Positions 9,831-18,769 of a stretch of DNA of 64,000 nucleotides are shown here, piece by piece. The notes beneath the pieces are model-generated. The model did not search any database and was not told the origin of the DNA. It worked only from the letters and a program-made list of their open reading frames with translations. The position numbers and the translations under genes are program-made. This stretch comes from Chloroflexia bacterium (GTDB lineage: Bacteria; Chloroflexota; Chloroflexia; Chloroheliales; Chloroheliaceae), in the NCBI GenBank assembly GCA_038206175.1, contig JBBRBE010000002.1, positions 12,966 through 76,965 on the forward strand. Direction: 5' to 3'. The first letter of the stretch is position 1. Every line of letters starts with the position of its first letter.

Positions 9831-11009
9831 TTAGCGCGGTATGACCTTAAATAAGAAGCGCGATTTGACTAAAGCCCATAGAGCCAGGATTGCCGCAACG
9901 TGGCCCAGGGTATGCACCAGGGGCGAAGCCTCGCCGTAACTTGGGATGTTGAAGAAGAGCGAAACGACAAAGCCGTGCAAAATGTAGACGTACAGCGAGT
10001 TCTGGCCGAGCGGATTAAAGAGCCAGCCCAGCGACCGCCGGATCGGTTCCCAGAAGTAGGTCAGCGCGATGTAAAAGACCTGGAAGAAGATCAAGAAGGT
10101 AAGCACTCGACCGGGCCGCATCGAAAGCTTGTTGAACATTTCGCCCAGGAACCAGGTCAGGTCGCTGTTGTCGGCAAAGCTACCGGCATAAATCCAGGCG
10201 ATACCCAGGCTCATCAGAGCCACAAAACTGGCTACGAGCGGCACATAAAGCGTCCATTTAGGGAATTTAGCAAAGAATTCTTTAATTGCCTCGCGGTGAT
10301 AACCGATGATCAGGCCGTTGATAAAGAGCAACTGCCAGGCAAAGATAGGGAAACTGCCGATTTGCGGGCTGAAATTTTCGGGTGAAAGCTGATAGCCCAA
10401 CCACAAAGCCCAGGACAACCCAACTACCCACCGGGTTTTCTTCTGAGTCAGAAAGTAGAATACAATCGGGGCAACCGCCATCAGAACGGCGTAGGTTGCC
10501 AGCAAATCCGACCAGCCAAAGGGTTGCTTGAGGGTCAGCATCCGAACAATCAGGTCAAGATTAAATTCTGGCGGTGCGCCGACGGCTTCGCGCCGGGTAT
10601 GCAGGGGCGTAAAGTAAGCGATTGCCAGGTAGACCAGGGCTATAATTATATTCCAGAGATAAAGCTGCCAGGCTCGATGTAGAATTTTGCTCGATGCAGC
10701 TTGCAAACCCTCTTTCATTATTCGTGGGCCGTAAACCAGACCCAACACCAGGCCAGAAATAAAAATGAAACCTTCCGCCGCCGAAACCAGGAAGTAGCCT
10801 CCGCCGGTTATAAAGATTGTAAAAGCTGGATAGAAATTAATGTGATCGGCGACTATAATAAAGAGGCACAACCCGCGTAGAAAGTCCAACCGCACGTCCC
10901 GATTGCCTTCGGTTTGGTATTTCCAATTACTCGGCCAGGCCAGCGACCAGCCGCCTTTGATTTGTACAGCGGTTCGCGTTTGCTGAACCGGGAGAATTGC
11001 CCTAGCCAT
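9831..11009 (-). CDS. opgC: OpgC-family membrane acyl(succinyl)transferase
   Basis: RDVRLDFLRG, SAAEGFIFISG, FAWQLLF, MRPGRVL and LGQNSLYVY motifs; about 10 TM segments. Confidence 0.85.
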   Translation of the reverse strand: MARAILPVQQTRTAVQIKGGWSLAWPSNWKYQTEGNRDVRLDFLRGLCLFIIVADHINFYPAFTIFITGGGYFLVSAAEGFIFISGLVLGLVYGPRIMKEGLQAASSKILHRAWQLYLWNIIIALVYLAIAYFTPLHTRREAVGAPPEFNLDLIVRMLTLKQPFGWSDLLATYAVLMAVAPIVFYFLTQKKTRWVVGLSWALWLGYQLSPENFSPQIGSFPIFAWQLLFINGLIIGYHREAIKEFFAKFPKWTLYVPLVASFVALMSLGIAWIYAGSFADNSDLTWFLGEMFNKLSMRPGRVLTFLIFFQVFYIALTYFWEPIRRSLGWLFNPLGQNSLYVYILHGFVVSLFFNIPSYGEASPLVHTLGHVAAILALWALVKSRFLFKVIPR

Positions 11010-11425
11010 ACTCGAATGTTCCTCCTGTCACCTGGCCCTAACTGCACTGCATCGCCGTTGATTGCAAGTATTCAGGTCTAGTTTTGTTACTAAATTTATT
11101 TATTCTTCTCCCGAACGGGTCATTAGCACTGCTTTTCCCGTCGAGTAAATTGTGATTTCCTATACATATGTTATACAATTTTCTTGCCACGAGAAACTGA
11201 AAAGTCTAAAGTTTTGTAAAATGTAGGTAAAATAGTTGATAATATATCTTTATGACGCTTCTAAATGGTTTTGTGATAGTATTATTGAAAATAAGGCCAG
11301 AGTGTTTCCGCTTATCCAGCTTCGTCACCCCACGCACACTTGCGGTGCAGACCAAACTTAAAACGTGGCTTGAAAATGGCTTGAAAAACTGTGCAAAGCT
11401 TTGACACAATCGGGTAAAGAAAATT

Positions 11426-13606
11426 ATGAGCCTCAGACCGGAAGAACCTTACCAGACCTCAAATGTAATTCAGCCTGCCACCGGGCCGTCGTCCACTCAA
11501 CTGGCCTTGCAAAAAGCGGTGCGGCACTTCCAAATTCTAGTCGAGAATATGACCGACCTGGTTTGTTTGTACGATGCCAGTGGAACCCTGGCCTATGCCA
11601 GTCCTTCGCTTAAGCGGGTGCTAGGCTACGACGCGGCCAGGGTTGCCGGGGTAAATAGTTATGCCGTGATCCACCCCGAAGACCTGGCCCGCACCGAAGC
11701 TCAGTTCGAGAAATTTGTAGCTCAGCCGGGAGCCTCGGCTCTCTTCGAGCATCGGGTACGCCACGCAGACGGTTCGTGGCGGTGGGTCGAGAGTAGCGTG
11801 ACAAACCTGCTGCACGACCCGGAGGTAGGGCTATTGGTCGCCAACATTCGGGACGTCACCGAACGTAAACGGGCCGAAGAGCAGCAGCAATTTCTGCTGG
11901 ATTTTGGCGAAATAATCCGGCCTCTTGGTCAGGTCGAAGAAGTGTTAGGGACGGTTGCTCGCCTGGTAGGTCAGTATATGGGAGTAGAACGTTGTTATTT
12001 TTCGGAGATTGATGGCGAGACCGAACAGATGCTTATTTATCCCAACTACACTTTAAATGTCGCCAGCCTGGAAGGAGCTTACGCTTTAGACGATGCTACC
12101 ACCGAGTTACTTTCCCAGTTAAAACGGGGCCAGACCGTCGCCATTTCAGACCTGCAAACTCATTCGGAAACCCAGGCTGTTTTTGAGCAAAGGTTTGCTC
12201 CGCTTCAGATGCGCTCGTGGCTGGCGATTCCTCTGCGGCGCGATGGCGAAATTGGTCTGCTGCTGACTTTGCATACCTGGAGCGCACCGCGGGTCTGGTG
12301 CGAAGACGAAATTGCCTTCTTGAAACTAATTCTCGAACGCACCTACCTTTCCACTCAAAATGCCCGCCTCTTCGAGCAAGCCCAGCGCGTAGCGGTAATC
12401 GAGGAGCGTACCCGTATGGCCCGTGACCTGCACGACTCGCTGGTGCAAGAGCTTTACGGCATCCAGCTTGGCGTCAACACGGCTCTGGTCGTACTGAACC
12501 AGGGGCAACCGGTTTCGCAAGTAGCCGCCCACCTGCGCGAAGTGCTGTTGCAGGCTGAAGGAGCTATGAACGAGTTGCGTTCGCTCATTTTCGACCTGCG
12601 GCCCGAATCGCTTCAACGCAACGGCCTGGTTTCGGGCCTGACCAATTTTGTGGCTACCCTGCGTACTCGTCACCGGCTGGAAGTAGATAGCCAGCTTGGA
12701 GCCGAGCCGAAAGTGCCGCTACGGATTAAAGAGGCCCTGTACTGGATTGCCCGGCAAGCCCTTGAGAACACGGTCAAGCACGCTCAGGCCAGTCGGGTCA
12801 CGTTGCGCCTTTACCAGAAAAACGGCGGAGTATGCCTGGAAGTGGGAGATGACGGGCGAGGCTTCGAGGTGGCCGGGTCTTATCCGGGTCACTGGGGGTT
12901 GCGCTTCATGCGAAGCCGGGCCGTCGAGCTTGGAGGTGAGTTTACGCTGGAAAGTAAGCCTGGTGCGGGTAGCCAACTGCAGGTATGTTTGCCCGTTAGT
13001 AGTGTCAAAGTCTTGCCGTCCCGTTTTAGCCTGACCAAAGAAGGCTTTGCAAGCAAGTTAGCCCAGGTCAGCTACCGCGTTAGTGGTCTTCAAGAAAAGG
13101 CTGGGCTAGGGGTAGACCATCCGAGTGAACTTCTCGCCCAGGCTTTCGAGGAACTTCACACGGCTCTGGAAGAATTACAAACTACCGAAGAGGAGCTAAA
13201 CCAGCGCAACACCGCACTCGAAGATATGCAGCATGCGCTGGCAACAGAGCGGGACCGTTACCACAGTCTTTTCGAGGAGGCTCCTTACCCTTACCTCGTC
13301 ACGGACGCTGCCGGGGTAATCCAGGAAGCCAATCGGCTGGCCTGTGAAACGTTTGGCTTAAACAAACCTTTGATTATAGGTAAGCCGTTGCGCCTGTTCC
13401 TGGTAAATTCCGAGCGACGCACCTTTATAAACCAGCTTAGCCGCCTCAAAAGCGAACTGAACCAGGCCGAGTGGCCGGTGCAACTGCTCTCCCGCAAAGG
13501 TACTCGTTCCGTCGCCACTCTTAAAGTAACCGCAGTCCGAAATCATAAAAAAACCCTGCTTTCTTTACGCTGGTTGCTTTGTGATCTTGCTCGGACGACA
13601 GACTAG
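11426..13606 (+). CDS. cytoplasmic PAS-GAF-HisKA_3-HATPase sensor kinase with extra C-terminal coiled coil + PAS
   Basis: PAS (IHPED, DGSWRWVE, DVTERK), GAF, ERTRMARDLHDS, ALENTVKHA, DDGRGF, GHWGLRFM, then EELQTTEEEL and a second PAS. Confidence 0.9.
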   Translation: MSLRPEEPYQTSNVIQPATGPSSTQLALQKAVRHFQILVENMTDLVCLYDASGTLAYASPSLKRVLGYDAARVAGVNSYAVIHPEDLARTEAQFEKFVAQPGASALFEHRVRHADGSWRWVESSVTNLLHDPEVGLLVANIRDVTERKRAEEQQQFLLDFGEIIRPLGQVEEVLGTVARLVGQYMGVERCYFSEIDGETEQMLIYPNYTLNVASLEGAYALDDATTELLSQLKRGQTVAISDLQTHSETQAVFEQRFAPLQMRSWLAIPLRRDGEIGLLLTLHTWSAPRVWCEDEIAFLKLILERTYLSTQNARLFEQAQRVAVIEERTRMARDLHDSLVQELYGIQLGVNTALVVLNQGQPVSQVAAHLREVLLQAEGAMNELRSLIFDLRPESLQRNGLVSGLTNFVATLRTRHRLEVDSQLGAEPKVPLRIKEALYWIARQALENTVKHAQASRVTLRLYQKNGGVCLEVGDDGRGFEVAGSYPGHWGLRFMRSRAVELGGEFTLESKPGAGSQLQVCLPVSSVKVLPSRFSLTKEGFASKLAQVSYRVSGLQEKAGLGVDHPSELLAQAFEELHTALEELQTTEEELNQRNTALEDMQHALATERDRYHSLFEEAPYPYLVTDAAGVIQEANRLACETFGLNKPLIIGKPLRLFLVNSERRTFINQLSRLKSELNQAEWPVQLLSRKGTRSVATLKVTAVRNHKKTLLSLRWLLCDLARTTD

Positions 13607-13809
13607 GCTATAATATTTAGCCATACGTTATAAGCAAGGTTTCTAAAAATGAGTTATGCTGGTTCTAATAATAACTGGTTCTAATGATAAAATGATAAAT
13701 TGTGGGTGGGTGTAGAAATGTTGTCTACTTACTGAATAATAACCGCTTACCAGTGTTGTCGGCAGCATCGTTATAACTGCCCTCCACCTAGAAAAATAAA
13801 TATCAGCAG

Positions 13810-14382
13810 ATGAAAACCTCACTCATCAAACCGGCCCAGGACCTCCGGCAAGTACGGGGAAGTGCCGTATTGCTTCTGTTTGGCGGTTTGGGCCTCAAGG
13901 GGCGTCCCGACCTTCAGCACGTTTTACAAACGCGCTTCGCTTACAACGCGAACAATCCGCCCGTCAGCTATCCTTACGAGCGCTACCTGGAAATTGCCGA
14001 ATACCTACGCCAGACTTTCTACGGGTCCAAAACGCCGGAGGAAGGCTACGAGGAGTTGGGCTACCGGCTTACCCAATCTTATTTCCAGGGCGTGAGCGGG
14101 CAAGTTCTGCGGGTGTTAGCCCGTGTGCTGGGACCGGAACGCGGAGCGCGGCAGTTTTTGCATATGATGAGCAACAATCTGCCCTGGGGTCGCCACGAGT
14201 TGCAAGAAGTGAGTTCTAATTCCGCCCGGTACTGCAAGTCTGGCGTCGGCGGGCCACCGGCCCTGATGCTGGGTATTTTGCGGGCCAGCCTGGAAGCCAG
14301 TGGTGCTACTCTGGTACGGGCAACCTACAGTGTTATATCCGAGAGCGACGATGAAGTAGTGTACGCGGTCGAATGGCTGTAA
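13810..14382 (+). CDS. DUF2378 / TIGR02265-like protein
   Basis: SYPYERY, EEGYEELG, GQVLRVLARVLGPER and ILRASLEASGA resemble the myxobacterial DUF2378 pattern (from recall, not searched). Confidence 0.65.
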   Translation: MKTSLIKPAQDLRQVRGSAVLLLFGGLGLKGRPDLQHVLQTRFAYNANNPPVSYPYERYLEIAEYLRQTFYGSKTPEEGYEELGYRLTQSYFQGVSGQVLRVLARVLGPERGARQFLHMMSNNLPWGRHELQEVSSNSARYCKSGVGGPPALMLGILRASLEASGATLVRATYSVISESDDEVVYAVEWL

Positions 14383-14571
14383 GGGGCCTAAGCGTTATAC
14401 TTTAGATATAGCTAAAAGGTTTGGACAGATAGGAGTAGCGTAGCAATAAATTTTGGATTACACTAAATACTGTAAGACGGACTTGTAACTTCTAAACGAA
14501 GTGATGACGCTCTGGCTGTGATAATACCCCCGGAGCAACTTGAAATAATACTTCTACCTCAAAACACTCCA

Positions 14572-14606
14572 AAAAGTTGTGGAATTCGCTCTCCACAGCT
14601 TTTTTT
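14572..14606 (+). terminator. intrinsic terminator
   Basis: AAAAGTTGTGGA-loop-TCCACAGCTTTT followed by a T tract. Confidence 0.65.
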
Positions 14607-14720
14607 ATTATTTGAATATTTTTGCCATGAGATGGCAAAAGCATATTAAGGCAAGATATGTTAAAATAACTGAGAATATAGCCCGGTTAAGCATTGTAGA
14701 TTTTAGGTAGATTAAATCTT

Positions 14721-15437
14721 ATGATTAAAGTTCTAATTGCCGACGACCATAGTGTAGTACGTCAGGGCTTGCAAACCTTTCTAGCCCTCGACCCGGAAAT
14801 AGAGGTCGTGGGCGCGGCCCGCAATGGCCTGGAAGCCGTGGAAATGGCCGGGCGGCTACATCCGCAGGTGATACTGCTCGATCTGATGATGCCTCAGATG
14901 GATGGCTTCGAGGCAATCCCTCTTTTGCGTAAAGAAGTACCCCAGGCTCATATTCTGGTGCTGACCAGCGTGCTAGACGAAAGCACCGTCGCACGGGCTG
15001 TCCTGGCCGGGGCTAACGGCTACTTGCTCAAAAACATGGAAGCCGCCGAGCTATGCCAGACTATTAAAGCCACCAGTAGCGGCCACGTGATGATTTCGCC
15101 GGAAGCGGCCCTCCTTTTAGCTGGTGGGGTCGTTAATGGGTTGGCCTCGACTAACCCACTGCCCCCGCATTCTCGTTCAAGCGAAAGATCGATTTCTGCC
15201 GCAGCCAGCCTGGAAATGCTTACCGAGCGCGAAATAGAGGTTTTACGCCTGGTAGCGGAAGGCCGGGCTAACAAAGAAATTGCTCGTAGCCTGGGCCTGA
15301 GCGAGGGAACTATCAAAACCCATGTCAGTATTATTCTGGCAAAGCTAGGGTTGCAAAGCCGCACCCAGGCGGCTATTTACGCCTCTAACGCCGGGTTACT
15401 TTTGTTCTCGCCCGACGAAACAACTCCGCCAGACTAA
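14721..15437 (+). CDS. NarL/FixJ (LuxR-type) response regulator
   Basis: IADDH, LLDLMMP, LT, GYLLK receiver; LTEREIEVL...NKEIA...TIKTHV HTH. Confidence 0.95.
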   Translation: MIKVLIADDHSVVRQGLQTFLALDPEIEVVGAARNGLEAVEMAGRLHPQVILLDLMMPQMDGFEAIPLLRKEVPQAHILVLTSVLDESTVARAVLAGANGYLLKNMEAAELCQTIKATSSGHVMISPEAALLLAGGVVNGLASTNPLPPHSRSSERSISAAASLEMLTEREIEVLRLVAEGRANKEIARSLGLSEGTIKTHVSIILAKLGLQSRTQAAIYASNAGLLLFSPDETTPPD

Positions 15438-15491
15438 CCTCAAACTCCCGTTAACCTGAGCATAACGACCTTGAAGCGACAGGCGACCTGT

Positions 15492-16157
15492 TTAGCTGCG
15501 TCGCCCGACCAGAGCTAGAATGCCGCCCGCCAGGATCAGCAGGCCGCCGAAAAATCCTAGCCAGAGGCCGAACCCGACGCTCACGCCGCTCACGTTACCC
15601 AGTTTGCGGCTTATATCGCTCAACTCGAAGAGCATCAGCCCGCTACCCAGCAGACCGAGGACGACCAGGCCGATGGCATACCCGCGCCGCCCGCTAAACC
15701 CGCCCAGTCCGGCCAGCACCATCGCCACGATTCCTATTCCCAGAGCGATAAAACCATCGCGGAGATTCGCCCCGGAAGTGCCGACGCCCGAATTGCTGCT
15801 GACTGCCCCCAATCCGTTGACCGAAATTTCGATGTTTGCCAGCCTGACAGTAGCCCAGGCCAGAAAGGTACTTACCGCCAGCAAGAAGCCGCCCAGTCCG
15901 GCCACGGCGTAAAGCGGGTTAGTTTTTGCCCGTGTCGGGAAGGGTGCGGGTGGGTAACTGTAGGTGATAGGCTGGGAATAAGTGGGCGGGAGCGGTTGCG
16001 GGTAGACTGCTGGCTGGCCGTAGGGTTGGGCCGGGAGGTTGTACTGCCCGTAAGGTTGCGCGGTGTAGGCGGGGGGCTGATTGCCCGGCCCACTCTGGCT
16101 GTAGGGTTGGCCCGGTGGCCCTGAATTGGGAGGTTGAGGCTGATAACTCATCGGCAC
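15492..16157 (-). CDS. hypothetical membrane protein with P/Q/Y-rich N-terminus
   Basis: About 80 aa low-complexity N-terminus followed by four hydrophobic segments. Confidence 0.8.
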   Translation of the reverse strand: MPMSYQPQPPNSGPPGQPYSQSGPGNQPPAYTAQPYGQYNLPAQPYGQPAVYPQPLPPTYSQPITYSYPPAPFPTRAKTNPLYAVAGLGGFLLAVSTFLAWATVRLANIEISVNGLGAVSSNSGVGTSGANLRDGFIALGIGIVAMVLAGLGGFSGRRGYAIGLVVLGLLGSGLMLFELSDISRKLGNVSGVSVGFGLWLGFFGGLLILAGGILALVGRRS

Positions 16158-16169
16158 ACTCTTTCTATC

Positions 16170-16209
16170 TCAGGCTTGAAGTTTCAGGCTTGAAGTTTCA
16201 GGCTTGAAG
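16170..16209. repeat. 14-bp tandem repeat x3 (TCAGGCTTGAAGTT)
   Basis: Copies start at 16170, 16184 and 16198 (last one partial), just upstream of the 16157 start. Confidence 0.9.
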
Positions 16210-16350
16210 GTGGACTGGTTCGATTATACAAGACCGGCCTGTTCCTCACAACTTTTGCGACGCATGGTTTTGGGTATTTAAGGACTCTCTTTTTACAAAA
16301 GTATGCTATAATCAGCCCACAGGTCACGCCGGGGCCGTGAGAGGACGGTT

Positions 16351-16431
16351 GTGACGGACAACGAAGTTCTAGCCAGGCAGTTGAGCGTGCAATATCGAGA
16401 GAAGATGCTGGCTCTAAGAGCAATTGAGTAG
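16351..16431 (+). CDS. candidate 26-aa small protein / leader peptide upstream of accD
   Basis: GAGAGGA-5nt-GTG; MTDNEVLARQLSVQYREKMLALRAIE*; stop just before the accD RBS. Confidence 0.45.
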   Translation: MTDNEVLARQLSVQYREKMLALRAIE

Positions 16432-17563
16432 TGCGAGGATAGTAAAATTGGATAAATTTTTTAAGCGAGTTCCCAAAGGAAATGCCGCCGAGGGGAATAC
16501 TGAGCGAACCAGGCCCCAACCTTCCCAGACCACCCCACCAGACTCTACCGACCCAAATCTGAATTCTGCCGACCTTTCGGACGGGGCCGAACCGTCTGCG
16601 GCCCGGCCTTCGGAAGGCCCGGCCCCTAAATTCGCCTGGAGCATCAAACCGCAAGGCGAGGCCAAAAACGGCAAAACCCTGGCCCACCCGGTGAAAGACA
16701 TCCCGGATGGTTTGTGGATCAAGTGTACGCACTGCAAAGAACTGCTCTACACCAAAGAATTCGAGAATAACAAGAAAGTTTGCCATAAATGCGGCCATCA
16801 CTTCCGGCTAGGAGCCTGGGAACGGATCAATAGCCTGGTTGATGAAGCCAGCTTTGCGGAGATTGACTCCCGGTTGGTGACGACTGATCCGCTCGCGTTT
16901 ACGAGTCTGGCCGAACCGCCTTACGCCCAGAAATCGCTCGAATCGCGGCGCAAAACCGGCCTGAACGAAGCCCTCATAACCGGCTTTGCCCGCCTGGAAG
17001 AGCAACCCCTGGGCCTGGCTGTGTGCGATTTCAACTATCAGGGCGGTTCGATGGGCAGTGTTTTTGGTGAAAAGCTGGTGCGACTGATCGAGGAATGTAT
17101 GGCCCGCCGGTTGCCCCTTTTGACTATCAATGCCAGTGGCGGAGCCAGAATGCACGAAGGTATGTTCTCGCTGATGCAGATGGCCAAGACTACGGGTGCG
17201 CTGGCCCGCCTGGGTGAGGCCGGGTTGCCCCATATTTCGGTGCTGACCGACCCTTGCACCGGCGGCGTGATTGCCAGCTATGCTTCGGTCGCCGATGTGC
17301 TGTTGGCCGAACCAGGAGCCTTGATCGGCTTTGCCGGGCCGCGGGTAATCGAACAAATTACCAAGCAAAAGCTGCCGCCAGGCTTTCAGACCGCCGAGTT
17401 TCTGCTCGAACACGGCATGATTGACCGGGTGGTGGAGCGTAAAGAGTTGCGGGCGACCCTGGTAACTCTCTTGCGTTTCTACGCTCAGGCCGCGCAGCAA
17501 GCCGCCCAGAGCCAGGCTCGCGAAGTACGTTTGCTTCAGCGCGAGGTAAGCTATGCCGGATAG
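16424..17563 (+). CDS. accD: acetyl-CoA carboxylase carboxyltransferase beta subunit (N-terminally extended)
   Basis: LWIKCTHC...CHKC zinc finger, GGSMGSVFGEK, SGGARMHEG, GFAGPRVIEQ. TTG at 16448 (GAGG upstream) is a likely alternative start. Confidence 0.95.
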   Translation: MSSARIVKLDKFFKRVPKGNAAEGNTERTRPQPSQTTPPDSTDPNLNSADLSDGAEPSAARPSEGPAPKFAWSIKPQGEAKNGKTLAHPVKDIPDGLWIKCTHCKELLYTKEFENNKKVCHKCGHHFRLGAWERINSLVDEASFAEIDSRLVTTDPLAFTSLAEPPYAQKSLESRRKTGLNEALITGFARLEEQPLGLAVCDFNYQGGSMGSVFGEKLVRLIEECMARRLPLLTINASGGARMHEGMFSLMQMAKTTGALARLGEAGLPHISVLTDPCTGGVIASYASVADVLLAEPGALIGFAGPRVIEQITKQKLPPGFQTAEFLLEHGMIDRVVERKELRATLVTLLRFYAQAAQQAAQSQAREVRLLQREVSYAG

Positions 17564-18488
17564 AGAGCGAGAGCGCAAAAGCGAAGTTCCAAAAGCCCCT
17601 CGCCTGAAAGACCGCGACCGCGACAAAGAGACGCCTCATTCTCCGGCCTGGGAGCGCGTATTGCTGGCCCGGCACGTAGCCCGGCCCCATACGCTCGATT
17701 TTATTGCGGCCCTCACGACGGATTTTGTCGAATTGCACGGCGACCGGCATTATGGCGACGATGCGGCCCTGGTCGGCGGTCTGGCTCAGTTCGCGGGCCG
17801 GGCCGTGCTGGTGATGGGCCAGCAAAAAGGCCGGGATACTAAAGAAAATATCTTCCGCAACTTCGGGATGCCACGGGCCGAGGGCTATCGCAAAGCTCTG
17901 CGCTTGATGCAGCACGCCGCCAAGTTTGCTTTGCCGGTGCTGACTTTTATTGATGTGCAGGGAGCTTTCCCTGGCAAAGAAAGCGAAGAGCGTGGTATTT
18001 CGCTGGCAATCGCCGAGAACTTGATGCTGATGAGCCGTCTGCCGGTGCCGATTATCGCCCTGGTGACAGGCGAAGGGGGTAGCGGGGGGGCTTTAGCGAT
18101 TAGCGTGGCCGACCGCTTGCTGATGCTGGAAAACGCCGTGTATAGCGTCGCCAGTCCCGAAGCCAGTGCCGCTATTCTGTGGCGCGACGCTTCCCAGGCT
18201 CCGGCGGCGGCCCAGGCGATGAAGATTACCGCCGCAGACCTGCTCGAATTTGATATCGCCGACGAAATCATCCCCGAACCGCCCGGCGGCGCACATACCG
18301 CTCCGGCCCTCTTGATGGAAACCCTCAAGGTGACGCTGGCCCGCCATCTGGACGAGTTAGAAGAACACTACACCCGCCGGGGGGCGGCAGGGATCGAAGC
18401 GATGCTCGAAACCCGTTACGCCAAGTATCGCCGGATCGGGCGGTGGACTGAACTGGCCGAAGAAAATCTCAGCCTCGATCATGTCTAG
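17553..18488 (+). CDS. accA: acetyl-CoA carboxylase carboxyltransferase alpha subunit
   Basis: LHGDR, EGYRKALRLM, GEGGSGGALA, SPEASAAILW; overlaps the accD stop. Confidence 0.96.
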   Translation: MPDRERERKSEVPKAPRLKDRDRDKETPHSPAWERVLLARHVARPHTLDFIAALTTDFVELHGDRHYGDDAALVGGLAQFAGRAVLVMGQQKGRDTKENIFRNFGMPRAEGYRKALRLMQHAAKFALPVLTFIDVQGAFPGKESEERGISLAIAENLMLMSRLPVPIIALVTGEGGSGGALAISVADRLLMLENAVYSVASPEASAAILWRDASQAPAAAQAMKITAADLLEFDIADEIIPEPPGGAHTAPALLMETLKVTLARHLDELEEHYTRRGAAGIEAMLETRYAKYRRIGRWTELAEENLSLDHV

Positions 18489-18582
18489 GTTCGCCTTAGC
18501 CAGACTTGCCGGGGAGACTGTAGAACCAGGCATTTACCGCTAAAGAAAAGCCTTAGAAAAGATTAGACCAGCGTAAAATATT

Positions 18583-18629
18583 GACCGCCCAGGAAGGGAG
18601 TTTGTAGCCCCTCTGGGCGGTCTTGTTTT
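18583..18629 (+). terminator. intrinsic terminator after accA
   Basis: GACCGCCCAG...CTGGGCGGTC followed by TTGTTTT. Confidence 0.65.
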
Positions 18630-18769
18630 AACCCTACTCTTACGCCGATCTGGGTTTAAGTTGGCAATCTATACAAGGCTATTGGCACTTTTCTTGTCAA
18701 GCAGGCTTGCCAGAGCGTATAATTTGGCTGATTGGCTTTTTGACCTGAAAAGGAGGCGGCCCGAAACCC

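Noticed and set aside
16170-16209. Mini-CRISPR interpretation of this and other repeats
   Set aside because: Units are adjacent with no unique spacers; no cas genes in the window.
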